A DNA stretch of 63,574 nucleotides, counting the filler. It is 5 parts of 5 records of this genome, joined end to end, with 100 filler letters (N's around TTAATTAATTAA, not from the genome) between each part and the next. Parts side by side here need not be neighbours in the genome. Positions count along the whole stretch, not along the records: positions 11,485 to 34,828 come from DRR723986_8523; 4 more parts are not named here. One strand, written 5' to 3'. Below the pieces are notes generated by a model that had not been told where the DNA came from, ran no database searches, and worked only from the letters and a program-made list of their open reading frames with translations. Shown one piece after another: positions 18,865 through 27,776 of this stretch (positions are counted from its first letter, which is position 1; each line of letters opens with the position of its first letter). The position numbers and the translations under genes were made by a program.

Positions 18865-21299
18865 ACTTCAAAGCCCATCGCCTTGAGGTGCTCTCCTACA
18901 CAAGCAGACAATTTATTCATCTCGGCAGACACCTCAGGCAGTGTGTACCCATACCGCTCGGTCAGCACCCGCACCCGTGCTGTCAGCTGCTCTGTTCGTG
19001 CCTCGACCTCGGCTTCAATGAGCCCGGCGATGTCGGTCAGCCATTTAGAATCCACGACCAGAGACCGGATCTGTTCTTCGGTCAAGTCGGGGTACTTCTT
19101 CAGCGTCGCCTCGTTCAGTTCCTCTTCGGCCTCTTTCACCGCGTTCTTGGCCGCCTTCTCGGCCGTGATCAGCTTGGCGACCTGCTTCAGCAGCTTGGCC
19201 TCCTCTTGGTCAGCTTTGCCTAATTTCATGCGCGCCTTTATCGACGCTGCAGTCAGCTTACCGGCTTCGGTCAGCGCCTCGGCCAATAGCCCGCCCTCAG
19301 TTCCGTGTTCCTCGACCATCTCCTCGATCTCGCGCGCCAGTTCCTCGGCTTTGGCCAGGGCGTCGTCAAGGGCGTGCTGCATCTCGGGGAAGAAACGGGC
19401 GACGATCAGCGCGGGCGGAATGACATCGGCAACCAGGCGGACCTTGTTCACCGTCAGGTCGGCGTCTTCCAGCCACTTCACCTTGCCGTCCTTGCCAGTC
19501 TCCTTGCGGGCTTCACGCAATTCCCGGGCTGCAAGCCATCCGTCGTGCGCGATGATGAAAACATCATCCTGCATGATCTCGCCCCAATAGGACATGAGCC
19601 GCTGGTAGGCCTCGTATTTGTCGATCAACGGGGCACTGGCGAAGCGATCCAGCATGTCCTCGGCGATCGTGTGGATCAGTGTTTTGGGCTTGTCGCCTAC
19701 CTTGATGCCGCGCATTAACGGAGCACTCGCGCGCGACCAGCCCTCATGAATGCCGTGAACGCGGTCTCGAAATGCCTCAAATTCCGGGTGATTGCGGATA
19801 GTGGTCCGAACCTCTTCCGGCTCCACCAGCGGGTCTGAATAGCCCGGTCGCGGATTTGGCCCGAACAACGTGCCTCGGATGCCTGGCATGACGTCCCAGA
19901 ACTCCGACAGAAGATCGATGTCGCGATCAGGTACCCCACCCTTCAAGTGTGCTTCGATGTCCTGCAGATCTTCAGGATCGGTGCCGTCGATGTAGCGGGG
20001 TATGTTCAGGTTAAAATCGTTCTTTTTTACCTCCGCATAGGGCACGAGGCGACAGTAGCCCTTGATCTCGGACTGCCGCTTGTAGGCGTCCGTGATCTTG
20101 TGGATGTCGCGCTCCCGGAGCCGGTTCTTGTTGCCGTCCTTCATAAATTCCCGCGAAGCGTCGATCATGAAGACCGGGCGCTCAGCGATTGCGCCGGACT
20201 TGTCGAGCACGATGATCGAGGCGGGAATGCCCGTTCCGTAGAAAAGGTTGGCCGGCAGACCGATGATGGCCTTGATATAGCCCCGCTTGAGGATCTTTTC
20301 GCGCAGCTCGGCTTCCTTGTTGCCGCGGAAGAGCACACCGTGCGGGAGGATGACTGCCCCGGAACCAGTGGCCTTCAGGGAGGCGAGGATATGGAGCAGG
20401 AAGGCAAAGTCGCCGTTCTTTTCCGGCGGCATGCCGAGGTCGAAACGCGCGAACCTGTTGTCGCTCGTCAGCCCGGTGCTCCAGGCCTTGGCCGAGAACG
20501 GCGGATTGGCAACGACGAAATCGAACGTCTGGAGGGCCGTCTCTGAGGACAAGAAGTGCGGTTCGGCGATGACATCACCCTGGGCGATTTCGGCATCCTC
20601 GCGCCCATGCATGATCATATTCATCTTGGCGAGGCCGCGCGTGGTGATGTCGAATTCCTGACCATAGACGGTCAACTGAACGTTCGCGGCGTCCGCGGCT
20701 TTCAACAGAAGTGAACCTGAGCCGCAGGTCGGGTCATAGACAGTTTGCTTGGGGCTGTTGGCGCGGTCGATACCGGCGACCGCCGCAATGACGCGCGAGA
20801 CTTCGGCCGGCGTGTAGAACTGCCCCTTGCTCTTGCCGGACTCCGTGGCGAAGTTCCGCATCAGATATTCGTAGGCGTCGCCTAGGATGTCGTCACCGTC
20901 TGCACGGTTACGGCTGAAATTGAGCTCTTCGCGGCTGAAGATGTTGATGAGCGACGTCAACGTGCTCACCATCTTGGCGCCCTTGCCGAATTTCTCGGTG
21001 TCGTTGAAATAGGCACGGTCGATGACGTTCTTCAGGTCGTTTGCCTCAGCAATGCCTGCGATCGCCTTGTCTATGCCCTCACCAATGTCCTTGGAGCCCC
21101 TTAGCTTCCTGATTTCCTCAAACGAACAACCTTCAGGTACCTCGATCAGCGCATCCTTCTGCCCAGCACGATCTGAAACGTACTTCACGAACAGAAGGGT
21201 GAGGATGTAGTCCTTATAGAGTGACGCATCCATACCACCCCGGAGCTGATCACAGCTGTCCCATAGAGAGCGGTAGATGTCACTTTTCTTGATAGCCAT
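18861..21299 (-). CDS. hsdM: Type I R-M methyltransferase subunit M
   Basis: 812 aa; GQFYTP, DPTCGSG, NPPF; clearly homologous to 345-2765. Confidence 0.96.
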   Translation of the reverse strand: MAIKKSDIYRSLWDSCDQLRGGMDASLYKDYILTLLFVKYVSDRAGQKDALIEVPEGCSFEEIRKLRGSKDIGEGIDKAIAGIAEANDLKNVIDRAYFNDTEKFGKGAKMVSTLTSLINIFSREELNFSRNRADGDDILGDAYEYLMRNFATESGKSKGQFYTPAEVSRVIAAVAGIDRANSPKQTVYDPTCGSGSLLLKAADAANVQLTVYGQEFDITTRGLAKMNMIMHGREDAEIAQGDVIAEPHFLSSETALQTFDFVVANPPFSAKAWSTGLTSDNRFARFDLGMPPEKNGDFAFLLHILASLKATGSGAVILPHGVLFRGNKEAELREKILKRGYIKAIIGLPANLFYGTGIPASIIVLDKSGAIAERPVFMIDASREFMKDGNKNRLRERDIHKITDAYKRQSEIKGYCRLVPYAEVKKNDFNLNIPRYIDGTDPEDLQDIEAHLKGGVPDRDIDLLSEFWDVMPGIRGTLFGPNPRPGYSDPLVEPEEVRTTIRNHPEFEAFRDRVHGIHEGWSRASAPLMRGIKVGDKPKTLIHTIAEDMLDRFASAPLIDKYEAYQRLMSYWGEIMQDDVFIIAHDGWLAARELREARKETGKDGKVKWLEDADLTVNKVRLVADVIPPALIVARFFPEMQHALDDALAKAEELAREIEEMVEEHGTEGGLLAEALTEAGKLTAASIKARMKLGKADQEEAKLLKQVAKLITAEKAAKNAVKEAEEELNEATLKKYPDLTEEQIRSLVVDSKWLTDIAGLIEAEVEARTEQLTARVRVLTERYGYTLPEVSAEMNKLSACVGEHLKAMGFEV

Positions 21300-21484
21300 T
21301 GATTACCCAGGAGCTGCACGAGAACGAGCCAGCCGCGGCTGCGGTCGACGTTGTGCAACTAAGAGCATCCGGGAGCTAGATTCTCAAGTGGCTTGGGGAG
21401 TTGCAAAGGTGGATTAGTGAAGGATGGCAGGCCTCATCCAGTGCCACCTCCACCATTCCTATGTCTTCAGACAAAAGAGACCTT

Positions 21485-21637
21485 TTAGCCTCTCGACAGA
21501 TCCACGGAACCAACTGCTTTGTGCAACTCAAAGCTTTCGACGAGCAACTGCTTCATCGAGATACCCAGGCTGGACGCATGCTCTTTAAAAGCACGATGAA
21601 ATTCTTCGCTTACTTTAAAGCTAAAATCCTTATTCAT
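21485..21637 (-). CDS. Small ribbon-helix-helix (ParG/CopG-like) DNA-binding protein, 50 aa, absent from the ORF track
   Basis: Manual translation MNKDFSFKVSEEFHRAFKEHASSLGISMKQLLVESFELHKAVGSVDLSRG; GGAGGTG RBS just upstream; alternating beta strand, helix, G-x-S turn, helix. Confidence 0.75.
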   Translation of the reverse strand: MNKDFSFKVSEEFHRAFKEHASSLGISMKQLLVESFELHKAVGSVDLSRG

Positions 21638-21684
21638 GTTAATCACCTCCACTCAATGAATTAAACCTACGATATTTCGTTAAA

Positions 21685-21745
21685 AAATCAACAATTAATA
21701 GTATAAATCAATTTTGATTTATTTTTTTACTTATTGACAATTCTG
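21685..21745. promoter_or_regulatory. AT-rich divergent promoter region with operator-like palindrome
   Basis: aaatcaa-tt-ttgattt at 21705-21720, an extra aaatcaa half-site at about 21685, and TTGACA at about 21735. Confidence 0.45.
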
Positions 21746-21812
21746 AGCTGTTGTTGATCACTCAACAGATCCTTGACCCTACCTTGGACAGACGAGGTTC
21801 ATAACTGAAGCC

Positions 21813-22139
21813 ATGCCCCCACGAGCCTTCCACCCAGGCGAGATCCTGGAGACAATGTATCTGCAGCCGCTCCAAATGAGCCAGACAGACCTGGCAGAGG
21901 CGATCTGTCTGGACCCGGTGCAGGCGCAGCGTTTTTTTGGCGAAGATCTGCACATCACGGCAGAACTCGCTCTCTGTCTCTCTCGCGCCTTCCGCACAAC
22001 CCCTGAGTTCTGGATGAACATGCAGGCGAGTTACGATCTGCAGCAGGCAACGGGTTCACCTGACGTTCTTCAACGCCTGGACAAGATCAAACCGATTCCG
22101 ATGCCGAGTACGCGCCCGTCAAGCACTGATGAAAGCTAA
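21813..22139 (+). CDS. higA: HigA-family HTH antitoxin (no adjacent higB)
   Basis: HPGEIL..YL.PL.MSQ..LA, ITAELAL.L..AF.TTPEFWMNMQ..YDL. Confidence 0.88.
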   Translation: MPPRAFHPGEILETMYLQPLQMSQTDLAEAICLDPVQAQRFFGEDLHITAELALCLSRAFRTTPEFWMNMQASYDLQQATGSPDVLQRLDKIKPIPMPSTRPSSTDES

Positions 22140-22256
22140 TTGCCGGCAGCCACACCCAGGTAAACACGAAATGCCTACCGTCGTAGAATATTCTATCAGT
22201 GTGAAAGAGCACTCTCCGCTCGATCGCACGGATAGAATCGTCTACACGCTCCCCAC

Positions 22257-22796
22257 ATGCGCGCAAAACGAGACAGAGACTATTATCAGAAGCGACTTCA
22301 GGTAGAACAACCAAGTCTCGCAACGGACGTGGCAGACGGGAAGATCAAGTTCTGGGACGCGGTATTTGAGGCCGGGTTGAAGAAGCGCCCGAAGGCAAGC
22401 AACTTACTTAAGTCCGCTTGGAAAAACGCGTCCTCGATTGAACGGAAATCGTTTCTTGATTGGATCGCCAAAACAGAAGGGATACATGTTACCACATCGG
22501 CGACGTCACCAAGTGCAGCGACCCAAAAGTCCGTCTCGTCTGCCCCTCCACTTCCTGTCAACGCCTTCAAACTTACCCACGCTGACAATCGGCTTACTCT
22601 CGATGCCCGCAACGCCATAGAAACGACCATGCGATCTAGAGGAATATCTGCTGGCGATTTCATGCGTGAACTGGGTGGCAAGCCTCTCGACCAGTCGATC
22701 GCGTCCGCAATCCGGTACGATACCAAAATCAAAAATGAATCTTTGCGCAAGGCATTGAAGAAATGGCTGATCCTGAACGGCTACTCGCTCTTGTAG
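22257..22796 (+). CDS. Hypothetical protein, possible C-terminal HTH-like domain
   Basis: 179-aa ORF with two domains and a Ser/Thr/Pro-rich linker; no family recognised with certainty. Confidence 0.65.
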   Translation: MRAKRDRDYYQKRLQVEQPSLATDVADGKIKFWDAVFEAGLKKRPKASNLLKSAWKNASSIERKSFLDWIAKTEGIHVTTSATSPSAATQKSVSSAPPLPVNAFKLTHADNRLTLDARNAIETTMRSRGISAGDFMRELGGKPLDQSIASAIRYDTKIKNESLRKALKKWLILNGYSLL

Positions 22797-22873
22797 AATT
22801 TTCTACAGACTTCTGAAAAAAAGCAACGAGCCCTCAAATTCTCGCTATAAGGAGATGTGCTTTTCAACCCTCA

Positions 22874-23848
22874 TTGGAGCACATCTTGACGACCTCACCC
22901 TCCGGCATCACCCATACCGAACGCGAACAAGTGCGACCCAGTTTCGCAGCCTCTGTCGACGGCGGAGATAGCGAAGACGGCCTAAAGCGGGCCGCGTCCG
23001 CTTATGCCTTCAGTTCGCAGCAACTTGACCTCCTCACTGCCCGCACTCCTACGGAAATCGAGAAACTATTGCGGAAGATATCAGACCGTATCGGGTCCGG
23101 TGCAGGCGTTTCAGCGAATTACCGCGGCAAGCTTCGCAGGCAACTTCTCGCAATGAATATCGTTCAAAATGAAAATTTCGCGAGAAAGGCACCAGTTGCA
23201 ACGTCGCCCGTACTGAGGCCCAGCCCTCGTCTCCAGAATGATGATCCTAGTTCACCGCTTGTGTCGGACTTCCTAAATGACAAACAGGTTATCGACCTGC
23301 ACTTTTTCTGGAGCCTTGGACATCGGGTTAGTCTTCATCCAGACGGCGCAGAAGCGTTCAGCGGCGAGCAGTTCGATTTCATCTCCGCCTTCAAGTACGC
23401 GAAGTATGGAGGAAATTACCTCAACAAGCTGGAAACCCTCGGTCTTGGAGAAGGCATTGGTTCCAGGGCCTGTCGCTTTGGTGCGGCTGCGATCATCGAC
23501 AAGACAGGCAAGCAACTACGCAACCGGCTGACGGGAAGCGTACCTGGCATCGTCGCACAGCTTGAAACCACGTCGCGGAGCAACAACGCCAACCTCTTGG
23601 AGTGGGCGAAGTTGTTTGTCGCCGGTGAGGTCATCAAGTCTGCGAATGCATCGGTTAGGGGGCCAGTGCTTGTTGCGATGTATGCCATGCTGTTTGGTCA
23701 CCCTACAGGACAGCGAACGCGCCCGGACGTGTATCTGAGGCAGTATCGTACCGCATGTGATTACCTGGGCTTCCCACCTCCAGCCCGCACTTCGGTGAAA
23801 GGGAACCTGCGAGCCGAGGAGACGTTGCTTATCGAGGAATGCCCGTAA
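22874..23848 (+). CDS. Hypothetical protein
   Basis: 324-aa open frame co-oriented with the upstream gene; TTG start uncertain. Confidence 0.6.
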   Translation: MEHILTTSPSGITHTEREQVRPSFAASVDGGDSEDGLKRAASAYAFSSQQLDLLTARTPTEIEKLLRKISDRIGSGAGVSANYRGKLRRQLLAMNIVQNENFARKAPVATSPVLRPSPRLQNDDPSSPLVSDFLNDKQVIDLHFFWSLGHRVSLHPDGAEAFSGEQFDFISAFKYAKYGGNYLNKLETLGLGEGIGSRACRFGAAAIIDKTGKQLRNRLTGSVPGIVAQLETTSRSNNANLLEWAKLFVAGEVIKSANASVRGPVLVAMYAMLFGHPTGQRTRPDVYLRQYRTACDYLGFPPPARTSVKGNLRAEETLLIEECP

Positions 23849-25268
23849 ACTACTTTCAACAAATTGAAAACACTGTTGAAACATAGCTGGGAACACGGTT
23901 CAGACACTGCCGAACACACTATGCGATTGCATTTACCGGCAGATTTCCTGGACTTTTTCCGGACGTCACAGCTCTTAGACATCATAAAGTCTAGAACAAA
24001 CAAAGATACTTCGGGAAGCTGCGCTTCGGCCGGCGCCTTCGGCGCCGGGCCTAGGCTTGCTTCCCTGGTTCAATAAGCTTCCGGAAGAATATGGGTTTGA
24101 AAGTCACCAGCCGTTTAGTTGTCTCCGGAACATAAAGTTGCTGCAGGTCTAAGAGACACAGAAACTCTGGAGAGGGTCCGGTCGCCGCCTTCGGCGCCGA
24201 TCCTCCCCTCTCCCGGAATAACCCTCCGGGTCCAACACACGATCCTTGAGCACACACCAGAACACTTATGATCTGTCTCCGGCTCATTCCGGCTGTTCCA
24301 GCCGAACAGAGCGTTCTTTGCAATTCTCATCGTCATGCGGCCAGGTTCCGGGTTTCCGCTCAATCTTGATCAAGGCCACGCAGCCGGGTCGGTCCTTCCC
24401 GAATCCAGCTTCACGCGCAGGATCTATTTCTCCATCATGATGCGTATGACCATACACCCAGGAACGAGTCTAAAGCTCACTGGTGCGAAAGTTAGCATCG
24501 AGAGCAGGATTGCACTCACAGGCACTGGCAACGCGCCTGCGGGCTTCCCAGGCGATCCTCACGAACAATTTACTCCTATCGCGGTTAATCTATCCGAGGA
24601 GATCTGAGTATGTCGCCGAGATGCATTCGCCATCCCTCCCGGTTCACGGCTCCACGCAGCTTTACGCAGGTCCTTGTCTCTCTTACTGGCTAATCAGCAG
24701 CATCTCATCGTTAGCGTCGGCGCCAGTCGCATGCTGTTCGCTTGTTGCAGAATTTGCGGTTTGTTCCAGAAGACGTGAACAAAAAGTCATCTTACCGGAT
24801 GAATCACAGCAAGTATTCATTCTCTGCTTGAGACTAATTCAGGGCTAATGGCACTAGACCCGATCGGACGATCTGGCAGCACGTTTCCCTGGGTTTAGTT
24901 TACTACAGAATCGCAGAATTTCGCTAAATCAACTGCTAAAAACCGGACTTCCCGTAAACATAAGGCATACATACGTAAACATATGACAGGTGTGAAATTA
25001 GTGCCTGAATACCCTCTGACCGGTGTTTGAAGACTGATTGGGTGCTTCAGTAAATGTCTGCGGCCGGTCTATGTTTACGGGGTTAATGTTTTTGAAGGTC
25101 TGTAGGCCTGGTGTGGCCGGACCGATATGGACCGTCTTATTGGTGCCTGGTGGCCTGATCGAAAATGGATCAGGCCTATGGGCGGTGGACTACAAAGATC
25201 CGCGCGAGTATTGCAAGAAACGGAGAAGATGGTGTATCGTAGGTTGTAGTGTTTAGGGAGGCATTGTT

Positions 25269-25640
25269 ATGAGTAGTTTTCGTTTAATAGCCTTTTTCCT
25301 CTGCGTCATATCTGTACCAGCTATGGCAATGGCACAAGACAATACCGATTGGCGAGCGCGCTTCCTATCAGGAGATGTTGTACTGGTGCACCTTCATAGT
25401 TGCAGCTCGATTGGGACAATTCTTTGCGGACATCGCTTCAAGGTCAATTACTCCGATTCCAGCATTTGCGAGAGTGCATCCGGAGTAACGACCAAAGGAG
25501 AGTATAAGACGCATGGTGGCTACTGCAACGGGCGCCCTGCAGAAGGTACGTTTTCGATCTTCGGTGCGCTATTTGAATATGATCAGGACGGCAATGTCAT
25601 TTACGATGGCAAGGTCGTCGGCACGCTAGAGCGGCCTTAG
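25269..25640 (+). CDS. Hypothetical secreted protein
   Basis: GGAGG RBS, signal peptide ending AMA, four Cys in the mature part. Confidence 0.7.
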   Translation: MSSFRLIAFFLCVISVPAMAMAQDNTDWRARFLSGDVVLVHLHSCSSIGTILCGHRFKVNYSDSSICESASGVTTKGEYKTHGGYCNGRPAEGTFSIFGALFEYDQDGNVIYDGKVVGTLERP

Positions 25641-26055
25641 GTTCGCTCAGGGCTTCATTGCCGGATCGTTTCTCACCTTCACTTCTTATCTGCGAGGATC
25701 CGGATCGTCTCTGCATACTCTTTCAGGTCTGTCTTGGTGATCTCGTTGGTTGGCGGCGTCTCCCGGCCGGCCTCTCTGAGTGCGGCGGCCGGGTGATGCT
25801 GAACGTTGACGGTTCTTTGTCGCTCATTCGGTCTCCTTTAGCGGCCAGGTGCTCTTTGGACGGGAGACTTCATATTCGTCAACTTGCTCCTTAGTCAGAT
25901 AGCCAAAGTGCAGATGGTAGGCGTTGAGCTGATCCTCTTTGCTCTGATTGATGCGCTCCAGGACTTCGACGCGATTACGGTATTTGCGATCTCCTCATCC
26001 CTGCCCTTGATCAGAACGTACGCGAGGCCGGCAACAATGAACAAGCCGGTTAGTG

Positions 26056-26301
26056 TTACTTCCATCGAGCGCAACTCCTAGAGGTCGATGTAGAGAGCGC
26101 CTTAACCGGTTCGCCCGTGACAGTGTAGCCCTCATTCAGATCGAACTCCTGATATTCACCCGGGCCTTCCTTGACCGGCACGATGGTGATGATCTCCACG
26201 CTGGCGATCGGGCTTGTGCCTTTCTCATCCAGAGCGCCGGTGACCACCGGCACATCGGGCGGGTTATCCCTCAGCTTCTCGATCAGGTCGGCGACTGTCA
26301 A
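26056..26301 (-). pseudogene. Small phage-like protein, probably decayed
   Basis: TVADLIEKL...PPD.PV N-terminus is common in small phage proteins; TTG start and C-terminus look drifted. Confidence 0.4.
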
Positions 26302-26606
26302 AAATTACGCGTGCGATACTCCGGGGATTCGCGCAAAATCTCCTGGTGAACCCAAAAGGCACCCCCATGATCTGCTCTCGAATTTTCTAGGACTTCCATG
26401 TTCCGTCCATCACTTAAAAACGGTTTAGTGTATCAACACCGGGTCTATTTCCAGTCTGCGTCTCCCAAACGGTTATTGAATTGACAGCTAACAATTTGCG
26501 TTTGAGCATGTCAAAAACACTCACTGACCGAATAATGTAAAGCAGTCGCAATGTCCCCTTCCCTAATATGCTTGGGTTTGCACCTTGTACTGATTGAGCC
26601 CAGCTG

Positions 26607-27776
26607 ATGTCCTTTCTTGCGTGGATTGATTTTGATCAGGCAGAGCGCGATCGTACGAGACGGATCATGGATCTGTTCGGAAGTGAGGATAGCCGCGACG
26701 AATTAGGACTTGGCTCAGTTAGGGATGCGCTCGCCGACCTGATGTTCCCCGGAACATCCACGATCCAGACGCGTTTGCGCTACATGCTCTTTGTGCCTTG
26801 GATTTATCAATTAGCGGCGAAACACTCCGGAACAGCTGCTTCTCGCCGGGATCTCGCACGTAAGTACGAGATCCAGCTGATAGAGGCACTCTTACGCGGC
26901 GACGAAACAAGTGGCGTGATCGGAAGCAATGCGCGCGAGAAACTGAAACGCTTACCGAGTGACGTCTACTGGTCCGGCCTCCTCACGCTTGGAATCCGTC
27001 GGTTCCAAGGTAGCCGCAACTCCTACTTGGACGCTGTGCCTGAAGACGTAGAGACGCTCTGGTCTTCCGGCCTGCCCCTCGCCCCGGAAGACTTCCTTGT
27101 CAAAGAGCACTCTATAGTTCAATTCAAGCTGACCGCCGACGAAGCTGGATTTCTCCAAGACCGATTAGCGCACGAAGCTCCGGAAAGCCTGTTCACGCAT
27201 CTTTCGCGCCTAGGAGCTCCTCCCGATACAGAGTTTGTTTGGCAGTACGAAGACAAAGCTGAATGGACGCCTACAATCCGCAAGCAGGTCGACCATGCAG
27301 AGAAGTTTTCGAGATTGATGCATGGTGCATCGCTTCTCTATAATCTGATGCTTTCTGAGCGGGCGGCTTCGCTGCAAGGAACAGAAGCTTCCATCTGGCA
27401 GCAGCGTGCTAGAGATTATTTCGAACGACTTGGCGATTGGCATACCCAACAGCCCGAAGCGATCTTCACAGACTGGGACCTTTCGCACCTCTGGCAGTTG
27501 TCCCGAACCACAGTCCACGTCGTCAAAGCTCATACCCGTTCGTTCATCGAGACTTGGCGGGACATCGTGATCCGCACTAACCGGAACATACAGCAAAACG
27601 CAGAAGCTCGCGCGCTGATCCGTGATCGTGAGATCCTTCTTAAAGGCGCGAAATCGCGCTTTCGCAACGATGGAGCTCTCATGCGGTGGAGCGGAGCGTC
27701 CGGCACTGCCCCGTTGAACTATCGCTGGAAGCCCGTCGTCCGAAACCATCTGCTGGATTTCGCTGATGCCGGATAG
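26607..27776 (+). CDS. DUF6361-family protein (Azaca ZacA-like)
   Basis: W.DF...ER..., SRDELGLG.VRDA.ADL.FPGTSTIQTRLRY.LFVPW, PS.VYW.GL, C-terminal YRW. Confidence 0.8.
   Translation: MSFLAWIDFDQAERDRTRRIMDLFGSEDSRDELGLGSVRDALADLMFPGTSTIQTRLRYMLFVPWIYQLAAKHSGTAASRRDLARKYEIQLIEALLRGDETSGVIGSNAREKLKRLPSDVYWSGLLTLGIRRFQGSRNSYLDAVPEDVETLWSSGLPLAPEDFLVKEHSIVQFKLTADEAGFLQDRLAHEAPESLFTHLSRLGAPPDTEFVWQYEDKAEWTPTIRKQVDHAEKFSRLMHGASLLYNLMLSERAASLQGTEASIWQQRARDYFERLGDWHTQQPEAIFTDWDLSHLWQLSRTTVHVVKAHTRSFIETWRDIVIRTNRNIQQNAEARALIRDREILLKGAKSRFRNDGALMRWSGASGTAPLNYRWKPVVRNHLLDFADAG

Noticed and set aside
21401-21664. 87-aa plus-strand ORF upstream of higA as a possible HigB
   Set aside because: No RelE-like motifs; it is the shadow of the minus-strand RHH gene that has a strong RBS.
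23860-24270. Alphaproteobacterial LexA boxes (GAAC-N7-GAAC) among the aacac words
   Set aside because: Spacing and half-sites do not fit on inspection.
24872-24883. tctggcagcacg as a possible att duplicate of the tRNA-Thr end
   Set aside because: Only 10/12 identity and no CCA; expected by chance.
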